DNA of 64,000 bases from Candidatus Methylomirabilota bacterium (GTDB taxonomy: Bacteria > Methylomirabilota > Methylomirabilia > Rokubacteriales > CSP1-6). The notes beneath the pieces are model-generated. The model ran no database searches. It was not told the origin of the DNA and worked only from the letters and a program-made list of their open reading frames with translations. Numbering within the stretch: the stretch's first letter is position 1; each line of letters begins with the position of its first letter. The DNA is taken from NCBI GenBank assembly GCA_035764725.1, contig DASTYT010000097.1, forward strand, positions 1,367 through 65,366, given 5' to 3'. Position numbers and translations under genes: made by a program. This document shows, in pieces, positions 1 through 11,109 of the stretch.

Positions 1-292
1 CGCCGCGCCTTCGCGCACGAGCCGGCCACCCCATGGCCGAAGGGCATAGGCTCCGCGGGGAAGCTACGCGGCGCGGTGGTGATGTGCTCGACGAGAATGT
101 TGCCGTCGTGGACGAGCCAGACGGCGCAGACGGCACCGAACAGCCGACTCACCGACTCCACCAGCAAGCGCAGGAAGCGCCTGGAGTCCAGCTCGGCGAG
201 GAGCGCGCGCTCGAGCTCGACCAGCTCCGGTCCCATTCGCTCGATGCTGCCACGCGGGGCAAAGTGGGTCAAATGTATGCAAAACTAGGCGC

Positions 293-871
293 GTGGCCAC
301 CGTAGTCCCAACCCCCGTGGAGCGGCACGAGCCGGGCGTCGGGCACCTGCACGTGTGGACGGTGCCCGCTACCGCCGAGCTGCTGGAAGCGCTGCTGCGC
401 GACCTCTTCGAGCGCCACTGGCGCGGGCTCACCTTCGGCCCGATCGTGCAGGGCGCGGCGTGGGAGCTCCACGCCGACGGACCGCCTCGGCGCATCGGGA
501 TGATGGACGGCTATCTCACCGTGGATCTCGGGCACTCGCACTTCCATCTCTGCCTCGGCGAGCACAAGGGCTCGGCGCACGCGCCGGTGTCCGCGGAGCT
601 CGCCCGCCACCGGCGCACCGCGAGCGCCGAGCTCTATCGCCGCATCAACGGGGACGGCGCGCCCGACTCGTGGGGCCTGCGGCTCTGGAACGGCGCCGGC
701 GAGCAGCAGATCACCATCCTGTTCCCCAATCCGTTCCTCGACGACGACTCGCGCTACCTGCCCGCGCCCGACTGGACGCGGCTCGCCGCGTGGGACCACG
801 TGCGCGCGACCTATCTGGGCCTGCCTCCCGATCCCTTCGATCGGACCGGGTCTCGCTTCATCCACGCATGA
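293..871 (+). CDS. conserved hypothetical protein (N-terminus may lie upstream)
   Basis: Clean 192-aa ORF with no low-complexity bias. Its stop overlaps the start of the next gene (ATGA at 868-871). Confidence 0.45.
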   Translation: MATVVPTPVERHEPGVGHLHVWTVPATAELLEALLRDLFERHWRGLTFGPIVQGAAWELHADGPPRRIGMMDGYLTVDLGHSHFHLCLGEHKGSAHAPVSAELARHRRTASAELYRRINGDGAPDSWGLRLWNGAGEQQITILFPNPFLDDDSRYLPAPDWTRLAAWDHVRATYLGLPPDPFDRTGSRFIHA

Positions 872-1317
872 TCGCCGCCGTCGTGTCCGCCCTGCACGTG
901 CTGACCCTCGCGCTCGGCCTCCCGGCCGTCTACCTGCGAGGGCGGGCGCTGCGTGCGCCGCTCGATGCGGCCGGGCTCGCGCGGCTGTTCACGGCGGACA
1001 ACGTCTGGGGCGTGGCCGCCGCACTCTGGCTGGTCACGGGCTTGCTCCGCGCGTTCGGCGGGCTCGAGAAGGGGACTGCCTTCTATCTCGGCTCGCGGGC
1101 CTTCTGGCTCAAGATGGCGCTGTTCGCGCTCATCCTCGTGCTCGAGATCCGCCCGATGATGACGTTCATCCGGTGGCGGGCTGGACTCCGCCGGGGCCGG
1201 GCGCCCGACACCTCAGGCGCCCGCGGGCTCTACCTCGTGAATCACATCGAGATGGCGCTGGTCGTGCTGATGGTCTTCGTCGCCGCCTTCATGGCGCGCG
1301 GCTTCGGCGCGCGCTAG
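868..1317 (+). CDS. small integral membrane protein (DUF2214-like)
   Basis: ATG at 868 overlaps the upstream stop. About four hydrophobic helices. In the six-frame track this is read as part of the longer spurious ORF 355..1317. Confidence 0.5.
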   Translation: MIAAVVSALHVLTLALGLPAVYLRGRALRAPLDAAGLARLFTADNVWGVAAALWLVTGLLRAFGGLEKGTAFYLGSRAFWLKMALFALILVLEIRPMMTFIRWRAGLRRGRAPDTSGARGLYLVNHIEMALVVLMVFVAAFMARGFGAR

Positions 1318-1625
1318 CCCTCGTCCTTCAGGCAATGCGCGCCGTGGGCGATGGCGCCGCCCGCCCGGAGCGCCGCCGCCACCAGGACCGTCTCGCCGAG
1401 CTCCGCGTCGCTCGCCCCCGCGCTGCGCGCCCGGCGGGTGTGCGCCTCGATGCAGTAGATGCACTGCGTGGTCAGCGCGACCGCCACCGCCATCAGCTCC
1501 TTGTACTTCACCGGCACCGCGCCGTCCGCCATGGCGGCCTTGTCGAAGGCCTGGAAGGCCGGCCAGGCGGCGGGCGCGAGGGTGCCGAGCTTGCGGAGGT
1601 TCTTCAGGGAAGCCATGTCGTACAC
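1314..1625 (-). CDS. carboxymuconolactone decarboxylase / AhpD-family protein
   Basis: CxxC core motif (CIYCIEAH) typical of the AhpD/CMD family. GTG start with a GGGAG RBS; an alternative ATG lies 3 codons in. Confidence 0.7.
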   Translation of the reverse strand: MYDMASLKNLRKLGTLAPAAWPAFQAFDKAAMADGAVPVKYKELMAVAVALTTQCIYCIEAHTRRARSAGASDAELGETVLVAAALRAGGAIAHGAHCLKDEG

Positions 1626-1656
1626 GGGCGAGCTCCCTTCGCGCGGGGGAATCGGG

Positions 1657-2007
1657 CTAGAGGGCCTCGCCGCGCAGGCGTGCGAGCGCCTCGTTCATCG
1701 AGCGGGTGAGGGAGGCGGCGATGTCCTCGCGCTCCTTGACGTGGCGCTCGGACTCGCCACGGTATGTCGCGACCTCGTGGCGGAGCTTTCCGCACTCCGC
1801 CTCGCTCGACTGGAGCTGATTGCGAACCTTCTCGACCTCGTACTGCAGCCCGCGGAGCTGCTCGAGCTCTTGCTCGTTGGTCTCGACGACACGCTGAAGC
1901 CGGTGATAGTCGTTCAGGATGCCGAGGAGGGCGCTGAACTGGCCCTGGCCTTCTTCAAGCCATCGCGTCACCCGCTCGTGTGCCATCGGAGTCGCCACGC
2001 TGCTCAT
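1657..2007 (-). CDS. hypothetical coiled-coil protein
   Basis: 116-aa ORF with heptad-like charged repeats, immediately upstream of the AhpD-like gene on the same strand. Confidence 0.4.
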   Translation of the reverse strand: MSSVATPMAHERVTRWLEEGQGQFSALLGILNDYHRLQRVVETNEQELEQLRGLQYEVEKVRNQLQSSEAECGKLRHEVATYRGESERHVKEREDIAASLTRSMNEALARLRGEAL

Positions 2008-2294
2008 TCTCCCGCCTCCTTCATGAGAGACACCGCATTTGGTACGCGAAATGGATTGCTCACACTAGCCCGAGTGGAGGAAGCGGTCAAGATACGAGTT
2101 CACGATAGTGGATCGACCGCGCCACGCGTGCGCGCGCCGGCGCTGCGGTGCACGGCGCGGCGCCGCCGCCGTGCGGGGTTCGCCGCCGTCGAACCGCCCG
2201 TCACACAAGTCTCTTGTCGCCCTGCTCCCCGCGGTGTAGTAGCATGCCGCCTGCAGCCCACTACTGCGCCCGTCGTCATCCAAAGGGGGACTCG

Positions 2295-3656
2295 ATGGAC
2301 AGCCGTCTTCGCTCACTCGCCGAGCAGCTCGACGCCAACCAGCTCGGCCGCCGGGAATTCCTGCGCCGGGCGGCTGTCATCACCGGCGGGACCGCTGCCG
2401 GTCTTCACGCCCTCAATCAGATGGCCCACGCCCAGGCGAAGACCAAGCTGCGTGTCTGGCTCTTCAAGAGCTTCGTGACCGGGGCCAATGACGTCATCGC
2501 CAAGCACATCGAGACCTGGGCGAAGGAGAAGAACGTCGAGGTGGAGATGGACTGGGCCACCTTCGGCGACCGCGAGCAGAAGTTCGTCGCGGCCATCGAG
2601 GCGGGCAATCCCCCCGACATCGCCGAGATGAACATCTACGGGCCCATGCGCTACAAGGCGGCCCTGCGCGACGTGAGCAAGGTGGCGGGTGAGGTGGCGG
2701 CGTCCAAGGGCGGGCTCCTCCCGTTCGCCGAGCGCGCCATGAAGGCGGACGGCAAGTTCCTCGCCGTCGGCCGCTACTCGATGACGACGGCCTTCTTCAT
2801 CAGGAAGGACATCATGGAGGCCAAGGGGCTCAAGCCGCCCAAGGTCTACGACCCCGACGTGGTCGAATTCGCCAAGAAGGCCCAGGACACCGCCAAGGAT
2901 CTCTGGGGCTTCGGCCAGACGCTGAACCGCTCAGACGACGGCGACGGCTTCATGTCCAATGTTCTCTGGGACTACGGCGGGGGTGTCTGGGACAAGGATG
3001 GGAAGCCCGCGCTCGGCACCGCCTTCCTCAAGCAGAACATGCAGGCCCTGCAGTTCGCCGTGGACACGATCCAGAAGCACAAGATCCAGCCGCCCGGAGT
3101 CATGGGCTGGACCGACGTGTCGAACAACGAGGCGTACATGGCGGGCAAGCTTGTGACCACGAACAACGGCGCCAGCCTCTACTACGCGATGGTCACCAAG
3201 AAGCACGAGCTCGCACCGAAGACCCAGCTCGTCGTCACGCCCGGCGGCCCCGCGGGCAGCTTCGTGGGCTCGAGCTGCTACAACTGGGCCATCTTCCAGA
3301 AGACGAAGCACGCCGAGCTTTGCGAGGACATGATCAAGTACGTCGAGGACGAGAAGCGCTTCGCCGAGTACGTGCAGGCCTCGGTGGGACAGGCGGGCCC
3401 GGTGTACAAGGGCCGGGTGGACAATCCCTACTGGAAGTCTGACCCGAACTTCGATGCGATCCTGCAGAACATCCTCAAGTCCGTGAACATCGGCTACCCC
3501 GGCCCCATGACGCCCGCGGCCGCCGAGGTGCAGGGCCAGAAGATCCTCACCGACATGGCGGGCCGCGTGGTGGTGGGCGGGCTCTCCCCCGAGGCGGCGA
3601 TCAAGGAAGCGCACGCGCGGGTGGAGGAGATCTACAAGATCCGGGGCAAGGCCTAA
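2295..3656 (+). CDS. ABC transporter substrate-binding protein, sugar type (family 1), Tat signal
   Basis: ATG at 2295 preceded by AAAGGGGGA. Twin-arginine motif (RREFLRRAAVITGG). Length and composition fit an extracellular solute-binding protein. Confidence 0.85.
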   Translation: MDSRLRSLAEQLDANQLGRREFLRRAAVITGGTAAGLHALNQMAHAQAKTKLRVWLFKSFVTGANDVIAKHIETWAKEKNVEVEMDWATFGDREQKFVAAIEAGNPPDIAEMNIYGPMRYKAALRDVSKVAGEVAASKGGLLPFAERAMKADGKFLAVGRYSMTTAFFIRKDIMEAKGLKPPKVYDPDVVEFAKKAQDTAKDLWGFGQTLNRSDDGDGFMSNVLWDYGGGVWDKDGKPALGTAFLKQNMQALQFAVDTIQKHKIQPPGVMGWTDVSNNEAYMAGKLVTTNNGASLYYAMVTKKHELAPKTQLVVTPGGPAGSFVGSSCYNWAIFQKTKHAELCEDMIKYVEDEKRFAEYVQASVGQAGPVYKGRVDNPYWKSDPNFDAILQNILKSVNIGYPGPMTPAAAEVQGQKILTDMAGRVVVGGLSPEAAIKEAHARVEEIYKIRGKA

Positions 3657-3672
3657 GGCCTAGGAGTCAGGG

Positions 3673-4614
3673 GTGGCAATCTCCACCGCGCGGCTGCCCG
3701 CCGCGCTCGAGCCCGGCACACGGCGCGCCGGGCTCCGGCGCTGGCTGGGGCCGGATTACCGCATGGGCTTCCTGTTCGTGGCGCCCATCGTGGTGCTCAC
3801 CTTGGCCCTCGTCGCGTACCCGTTCTGCTACGCCATCTACTTGAGCCTCACGCGGAAGTACGTGGGCATGCCCCCCGTCTTCGTGGGGCTCGAGAACTAC
3901 GTCAAGCTCACCAACGACGGCTTCTTCCGCCGCGCCGTCATGAACAGCTTCATCTTCACGTTCGGCTCGGTGGGCTTCAAGCTCGTGCTGGGCATGGTGA
4001 TGGCGCTGGTGCTGACGTCCAAGATCCGCTTCCGCTCCTTCTGGACCGGCGTGCTGCTGATCCCGTGGGTAGCCCCCACGGTGGTCTCGGCGCTCAACTT
4101 CCTCTGGATCTTCGACTTCAGCCTGGGCGTGCTGAACTATCTCCTCGTCCGGGTCACCGGGATCCTCGACCAGGGGGTGGGCTGGCTCTCCGAGCCCAAC
4201 ACCGCCATGGCCTCGGTGATCGCGGTGAACATCTGGCGGGGCTTCCCCTTCTTCGGCATCTCCTTCCTCGCCGGGATGAAGGCGGTACCCGCGGAGCTTT
4301 ACGAAGCGGCGTCGGTGGACGGCGCCACCGTGCTGCAGCGCTTCGTGCACGTGACGCTGCCCGGGCTCAAGAACATCATCATCATCGTGGTGCTGCTCTC
4401 CACGATCTGGACCTTCAACGACTTCGGCATCGTCTACATCCTGACCAAGGGCGGGCCGGGCGGCGCGACCCAGGTCCTGCCCGTCCTCACCTACGAGATC
4501 GCGTTCGGCGCCCAGCGGCTGGGGGAGGCCATCGCGGTTGCCCTCTACATGCTGCCCGCCATCGCCATCGTCATCATCGTGCTGTCGAAGTACATGCGGC
4601 GAGGGCGCAAGTAG
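3673..4614 (+). CDS. ABC transporter permease (MalF/UgpA-like)
   Basis: Multi-TM protein with the binding-protein-dependent transport 'EAA' region. Directly downstream of the SBP gene. Confidence 0.85.
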   Translation: MAISTARLPAALEPGTRRAGLRRWLGPDYRMGFLFVAPIVVLTLALVAYPFCYAIYLSLTRKYVGMPPVFVGLENYVKLTNDGFFRRAVMNSFIFTFGSVGFKLVLGMVMALVLTSKIRFRSFWTGVLLIPWVAPTVVSALNFLWIFDFSLGVLNYLLVRVTGILDQGVGWLSEPNTAMASVIAVNIWRGFPFFGISFLAGMKAVPAELYEAASVDGATVLQRFVHVTLPGLKNIIIIVVLLSTIWTFNDFGIVYILTKGGPGGATQVLPVLTYEIAFGAQRLGEAIAVALYMLPAIAIVIIVLSKYMRRGRK

Positions 4615-5453
4615 TGGGTCGGCAGGGCCTCGCGCGGCTGCAGCTCGGCGTCTCTTACAGCTTCCTCGTGATCCTCGCGGTGGTCGTGCTGTTCCCCTTC
4701 TACTGGATGATGGTGACCTCGTTCAAATCCGAGACCCAGATGCGGAGCCTGGTCTCGATGTTCTGGCCCAGCCCCTTCGCGAGTGAGAACTACGAGCACC
4801 TGGTCCGCAAGACGGACTTCGTGGGCTGGTACGGCAACAGCGTCTTCGTCTCCGTCTCAAGCACCCTGCTCGCCATCAGCATCGGCACGGTGGGCGCCTA
4901 CGCGCTGGCGCGGCTCAAGTTCCTGGGGCGGGGATTCCTGGCGAGCGCCACCCTCATCACCTACCTCGTGCCGCCGTCCATCCTCTTCATCCCGCTCTAC
5001 GCCCAGATCCGGAACCTCGGCCTCGCCGATAGCCTGACCGGCCTCATCGTGGCCTATCCCTCGTTCACGGTGCCCTTCGTGACCTGGCTCCTCATGGGCT
5101 ACTTCGAGTCCATTCCGGAGGAGCTGGAAGAGGCGGCGATGATCGACGGCGCCACCAGGTTTGGCGCCTTTTGGAGAGTGGTGCTACCGCTGTCCGCCCC
5201 CGGCGTGCTGGCGGCGGCGCTCTACGCCTTCACCCAGGCGTGGAACGAGTTCCTCTACGCCCTCGTGTTCATCACCAACGTGAAGCTGCGGACGCTCCCC
5301 GTCGGGCTCTCGACCTTCATCACCGGCGACGTCTACGGCTGGGGCTATCTGATGGCGGGGGCCGTGCTCACCACGCTGCCGGTCATCGCCGCCTATATCT
5401 ACCTCCAGAAGTATATGGTAGAGGGGCTGACCGCCGGCAGCGTGAAGGGCTAG
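4614..5453 (+). CDS. ABC transporter permease (MalG/UgpE-like)
   Basis: GTG start overlaps the upstream TAG by 1 nt. Conserved permease loop (EEAAMIDGA). No ATPase gene follows. Confidence 0.85.
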   Translation: MGRQGLARLQLGVSYSFLVILAVVVLFPFYWMMVTSFKSETQMRSLVSMFWPSPFASENYEHLVRKTDFVGWYGNSVFVSVSSTLLAISIGTVGAYALARLKFLGRGFLASATLITYLVPPSILFIPLYAQIRNLGLADSLTGLIVAYPSFTVPFVTWLLMGYFESIPEELEEAAMIDGATRFGAFWRVVLPLSAPGVLAAALYAFTQAWNEFLYALVFITNVKLRTLPVGLSTFITGDVYGWGYLMAGAVLTTLPVIAAYIYLQKYMVEGLTAGSVKG

Positions 5454-5469
5454 CCGGACGGGACCGCCC

Positions 5470-5829
5470 CTAGTCGCATTTCTTCATGCTGACCGCCCAG
5501 AATTTGACAGGCGCTTTGGTCTCGTTCAGGGCGATGTGGCCGGAACCCGTGTCGAGGTAAAGCGCCGACCCCGCCTTGTAAACCTGCTTGCCCGTCCGCG
5601 TGACCAGGGTCAGCTCGCCCTCCACCACTATCCCGATCTCGGGCTCGGGATTGATGTGGATCCCCGACGTGGCGCCCGGGGGATAGACGAGGAAACCGAT
5701 CTTCGCGTTGGCGTTCTCGAGCACCACGCGCTCCTCCGTGTCGGGGCCGGTGCCGTGGGCGCTCCAGGCGCCCTCGGCGAGCAGCAGGAACGCGGCGAGC
5801 ATGAGTATCGCGATGCGGTGTGGGGTCAT
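5470..5829 (-). CDS. secreted cupin-domain protein
   Basis: ATG preceded by GAGAGGAG. Signal peptide (IAILMLAAFLLLAEGAWSA). Cupin-like beta-strand motifs. Confidence 0.6.
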   Translation of the reverse strand: MTPHRIAILMLAAFLLLAEGAWSAHGTGPDTEERVVLENANAKIGFLVYPPGATSGIHINPEPEIGIVVEGELTLVTRTGKQVYKAGSALYLDTGSGHIALNETKAPVKFWAVSMKKCD

Positions 5830-5873
5830 CAGGTCTCCTCTCGATGCGGGATCACCGCTGGCGAAGCCCCGCC

Positions 5874-7316
5874 TCATGCCGCGAGCGCGGAGACGGCCGG
5901 CCGGCGTCCCGCCCAGGGCCGCGCCGCTTCGAGCTGCGCGGCAAGCCGGAAGAGCGTGGCCTCGTCCCCGAAGCGGCCGACCCAGTGGGTGCCGATGGGA
6001 AGGTTCTCCGCGTTCCAGTGAAGGGGCGTGGACATTGCGGGCTGCCCGGTCGCGTTCAGGATCGGCGTGAAGGGGACGAATGAGGCGGAGCGCCGGAGGC
6101 CTTGGATGGGGTCGTCCGGCGTGGCGTCGAAGCTGCCGAGTGGCAGAGGCGGCTGGGCCAGGGTCGGCGTGAGCCAGACGTCGCAGCGCTCGAAGAATCG
6201 GGCGACGTCCCGCGCCGCGCGCTGAAGGTCCTGCACGGCGAGGAGGTACTCGTCGCCGCTGCGGCGGCGGCCCATCTCGACCAGAGTCCAGGTGAGGGGC
6301 TCGAAGCGCTCAGGAGCCGGTGTTTGGCCGGTACGCCGGGCCCAGTCCGCCACCGTCCAGGCGCAGCCCGCGGCCCAGAGGGTGAAGAAGGCGGCCGAGA
6401 TGACTTCACCGTCCAGGGCCGGCTCGCCCTCGACCACGTCGTGGCCGAGGCCTTCGGCCAGCCGCGCCGCGTCCTCCACGGCGGCGACGCAGTCCGGGTG
6501 CACGGGCGCGCCGTTGGCCGCGCGCCGCGTGAAGGCGACGCGGAGCCGCCCGGGCGGCCGGCTCACTTCGTGCTGATAGCGATCTCCTTGATTCGGCGCG
6601 TGGTAGGGATCGCCCGGCGCCGGCCCCGCGGTCGCGTCGAGCAGCGCCGCCGAGTCGCGCACCGAGCGGGTGACCGCGTGCTCGGCGACCAGGCCGCTGA
6701 AGAGATCGCCGTAGGCGGGGCCGAGGGGATTGCGCCCGCGCGTCGGCTTGAGCCCGAAGAGCCCGCAGCATGCGGCAGGAATCCGGATGGAGCCGCCGCC
6801 ATCATTGGCGTGAGCCATCGGCACTAGCGACGCCGCGACCGCCGCCGCCGAGCCGCCGCTCGAGCCGCCCGGCGTGCGTCCGAGGCTCCAGGGATTACGC
6901 GCCGCGCCGAAGAGCCGCGGCTCCGTGGTGGGGAGGATGCCGAACTCGGGCGTGTTGGTCTTGCCCACCACGATGAGCCCGGCCCGCCGGTATCGCGCGA
7001 CCAGCTCGCTGTCGTGGGGCGCCACGTATCCCTCGAGGAAGGCGGAGCCCTCCGTCATCCGCACCCCCTGGTACTCGGCGAGAAGGTCTTTGAGGAGGAA
7101 GGGGACCCCGGCGAAGGGCCCCGCCGACATCGGGCCGGTTGCCAGGCGCCGCGCCTCGTCGTCCATCCGCGTCACCACGGCGTTGAGGCGGGGGTTCACC
7201 CGGTCGATCCGCCCGAGCGCGGTCTCGACGAGCTCGAGGGGCGTGACCTCGCCGCGGCGGACGAGGTCGGCCTGGGCCAGCGCATCGAGATGAGCGAACG
7301 GATCCACGGAAGTCAC
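5874..7316 (-). CDS. amidase (amidase-signature family)
   Basis: GGSSGGS amidase-signature motif and a Ser-cisSer-Lys context. Start set at the GTG giving MTSVDPF. The upstream part of the 1015-aa ORF overlaps the well-supported response-regulator gene on the other strand and was discarded. Confidence 0.85.
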   Translation of the reverse strand: MTSVDPFAHLDALAQADLVRRGEVTPLELVETALGRIDRVNPRLNAVVTRMDDEARRLATGPMSAGPFAGVPFLLKDLLAEYQGVRMTEGSAFLEGYVAPHDSELVARYRRAGLIVVGKTNTPEFGILPTTEPRLFGAARNPWSLGRTPGGSSGGSAAAVAASLVPMAHANDGGGSIRIPAACCGLFGLKPTRGRNPLGPAYGDLFSGLVAEHAVTRSVRDSAALLDATAGPAPGDPYHAPNQGDRYQHEVSRPPGRLRVAFTRRAANGAPVHPDCVAAVEDAARLAEGLGHDVVEGEPALDGEVISAAFFTLWAAGCAWTVADWARRTGQTPAPERFEPLTWTLVEMGRRRSGDEYLLAVQDLQRAARDVARFFERCDVWLTPTLAQPPLPLGSFDATPDDPIQGLRRSASFVPFTPILNATGQPAMSTPLHWNAENLPIGTHWVGRFGDEATLFRLAAQLEAARPWAGRRPAVSALAA

Positions 7317-7421
7317 CTCGCGGGGGAGTGGGAGCCAGGGGGACTCTACGGAGCCGGGCCTCGAGGTGTCAAGCACGGGAAGGCCCAAGGCGCGGTAACA
7401 TGGTAGCGGTCTGGAGGGGTC

Positions 7422-8774
<1,353 letters not shown>

Positions 8775-8775
8775 C

Positions 8776-10290
8776 ATGCGGTGGAGCCTCAAGACCAAGG
8801 AAGCCACCACCATCACCCTGCTCATCCTGGTGGTGGTCGCGACGACCTTGTTCCTCCACCTCGCCCAGCTCACCCGCGTGGTCGTGGAGGAGACGCAGCG
8901 CCAGGCCGAGCTGATCGCCAAGCAAATCGTGGCTCAGAGCGGCCGGGTGCTCGCGCGGGTCCCCAATGCCGACCCCCACGTCGCCCTGCGCTCCGACTCC
9001 GAGCTGCGCAACCTGCTCGAGGCGAGCGTCGGCTACTCTCCGCATCTGCTCTACGCCTTCATCACCGACTCCGAGAGCCGCGTCATCCTGCACAGCGAGC
9101 GGGCCAAGGAAGGCGAGCCCGCGTCCCGGCAAGCTCCGCTCGCCGAGCTCCTGTCGGTGAATCCCTTCCGCCGCCTCGACGCGTTGCTGAGCCGCGGGCG
9201 CACCTACGAGACCGCAGTGGCGATGAGCCTCGACCGCCGGCCTTTCGGCAGCGTGCGCCTGGGCTTCTCGTCGAGCTTTCTCCGACGCGAGCTCAACGAG
9301 GCGGTGACGCAGAGCCTCGTGCTCGCCGGCATCTCGCTGCCCGCGGCGTGGCTGGTGGCCCTCTTCCTCGCCAATCTCTGGCTGCGGCCCATCGGGCGGC
9401 TCGCGCGCGACATCGGCCGGGTGCGCCGCGGCGAGCTGCCGGCCCCGCTCGCGCCCGCCGGCTCCGAGCAGCAGGACGAGCTGGGCGAGCTCGCCTCGCA
9501 GCTGCAGCTCCTCGCGCAGCAGCTCCAGGCGGATCGGCTGCGCGTGATGTCGGACGAGGCCCCGTCGCGCGACCTCGACTCGATGAAGACCCTGCAGTCG
9601 CTGATCTCGTACTCCTCCAAGCTCGCCGCGCTGGGGCGCCTCACCTCCGGCGTCGCGCACGAGGTGAAGAACCCGCTCAACGCGATGATGATCCACCTCG
9701 AGCTGGTGAAGGCGCGGCTGGCCGCGCCCAAGGCCGATCTGGGCGGCGTGCGCGAGAGTCTCGACATCATCGGGGCCGAGATCCGTCGGCTCGACCGCGT
9801 CGTGAACGGATTCCTCAAGTTCGTGCGCACGCACGACCTCGCGCTCAAGCCGGTGGACCTCAACGCACTCGCGCAGAGCGTGGCCGTGCTCCTCGAGGCG
9901 GAGTGGAAGCCGGCGGGCATCCGCTTCGAGCTCGACCTCGATCCCGGGTGTCCCCGCATCTCGGGCGACGAGGAGTTGCTCCGCCAAGCGCTCATCAACA
10001 TCGTGGTCAACGCCTGCCAGGCCATGCCCTCCGGCGGCGAGGTCCGGCTCGAGACCAGCCGCGCCGGCCGCGAATGGGTGGCCCTCGCGGTCACCGACCA
10101 AGGGGTGGGCATCGCGGCGGAGGACCGCGAGCGGATCTTCTCCCTCTACTACACGACCAAGCCCGAGGGCAGCGGCATCGGGCTTTCGCTCGTGTACCGG
10201 ATCGTGCAGATGCACGACGGCGTCATCGATGTCGAGGCCCCCGCGGGGCGGCCGGGTACGCGGATGACGATTCGCCTGCCGGTGCGATGA
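8776..10290 (+). CDS. sensor histidine kinase (two TM, periplasmic sensor, HAMP, HisKA, HATPase)
   Basis: ATG 2 nt after the RR stop. H-box ([12 protein letters not shown]) and G-boxes (DQGVGI, GSGIGLS). Confidence 0.85.
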   Translation: MRWSLKTKEATTITLLILVVVATTLFLHLAQLTRVVVEETQRQAELIAKQIVAQSGRVLARVPNADPHVALRSDSELRNLLEASVGYSPHLLYAFITDSESRVILHSERAKEGEPASRQAPLAELLSVNPFRRLDALLSRGRTYETAVAMSLDRRPFGSVRLGFSSSFLRRELNEAVTQSLVLAGISLPAAWLVALFLANLWLRPIGRLARDIGRVRRGELPAPLAPAGSEQQDELGELASQLQLLAQQLQADRLRVMSDEAPSRDLDSMKTLQSLISYSSKLAALGRLTSGVAHEVKNPLNAMMIHLELVKARLAAPKADLGGVRESLDIIGAEIRRLDRVVNGFLKFVRTHDLALKPVDLNALAQSVAVLLEAEWKPAGIRFELDLDPGCPRISGDEELLRQALINIVVNACQAMPSGGEVRLETSRAGREWVALAVTDQGVGIAAEDRERIFSLYYTTKPEGSGIGLSLVYRIVQMHDGVIDVEAPAGRPGTRMTIRLPVR

Positions 10291-10883
10291 GGGGCGCCCT
10301 CTCCGCCCTCGCCATCCTCGCCGCGGTCGTCGCGGCCGCGGGCTGCGCCACGACGCGGAGGGCGGTGGCGACCCCGCCACCGCCTCCGCCACCGGTTGCC
10401 TCGACGCCACCCGCGCCGCCACCGGCCACGCGCGCGCCGGCGCCTGCGCCGGCGCCGGCGCCCGCTCCGCCCGTGCAGCCCGAGCTCCCCCCGGTCCCGA
10501 ATACTAAACTGCCCACGGTGACGCCGCCCCCGCCGGCGGCCACTGCGCCGCCGCCGGCGCCGCCCGCCGCACCGCCCCCCGCGCCTCCCGCCTCCCCGCC
10601 ACCCCGGCGCGAGCCGCCGCCGGTGCTTTCGCCGCAGGTGACGTCCGCCGAGGAGCTCCGCCTCACCCAGGAGGCCCGGTCCCGTATCGAGGGAGCGGAG
10701 AAGCTGGTGGGGCAGCTCGAGCTGCGCCGGCTCGCCCGCGAGGAGCAGGACACGGTGGCGACGATCAAGGACTTCCTCGCCAAGTCCAAGGAGGCGATGG
10801 CGACGCGGGATGTGCAGCGCGCGTACAACCTTGCGGACAAGGCGTACATCCTCGCCGAGGACCTGTCCCGCACTTCGCGCTGA
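10287..10883 (+). CDS. lipoprotein with Pro/Ala-rich linker and helical C-terminal domain
   Basis: ATG overlaps the kinase stop (ATGA). Signal peptide with lipobox (VAAAGC). Long PAPAPAPAPPPPA linker and an about 80-aa helical C-domain. In the ORF track it sits inside the misframed 700-aa ORF. Confidence 0.65.
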   Translation: MRGALSALAILAAVVAAAGCATTRRAVATPPPPPPPVASTPPAPPPATRAPAPAPAPAPAPPVQPELPPVPNTKLPTVTPPPPAATAPPPAPPAAPPPAPPASPPPRREPPPVLSPQVTSAEELRLTQEARSRIEGAEKLVGQLELRRLAREEQDTVATIKDFLAKSKEAMATRDVQRAYNLADKAYILAEDLSRTSR

Positions 10884-10894
10884 GCCCAAACGCC

Positions 10895-10909
10895 GTGTAA
10901 GGGTTACAC
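10895..10909. promoter_or_regulatory. palindrome GTGTAAGGGTTACAC (TGTA-N5-TACA), candidate enhancer-binding-protein site
   Basis: Perfect 6+6 inverted repeat in intergenic DNA, about 120 bp upstream of a -24/-12 element. Confidence 0.4.
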
Positions 10910-11020
10910 GCGCGCGGAGCTCGCTGCGCGGTCCTCAGCGGCGGATCCCGTGGGGATGATCACCTCTAAATGCTCGGCTTCACTCGTTTTCTCCTTAGGT
11001 CCCCGTGCCCGTTGGCGCCT

Positions 11021-11036
11021 TGGCACGAACTCTGCC
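11021..11036 (+). promoter_or_regulatory. putative sigma-54 promoter (TGGCAC-N5-CTGCC; GG-N10-GC)
   Basis: Matches the -24 TGGCAC and -12 TGC consensus with correct spacing, about 75 bp upstream of the ompA-like start codon. Confidence 0.5.
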
Positions 11037-11109
11037 AGGAATCCCTCAGCCCGGCGATATCTTTGAGCACCGGAACGAGCGAGTGGGTTCAACCTAAGGA
11101 GGAGGCGAC

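Noticed and set aside
10380-10620. Tandem GCGCCGGCGCC-type DNA repeats
   Set aside because: They encode the (AP)n/(PPA)n linker of the lipoprotein and have no spacers, so they are not a CRISPR array.
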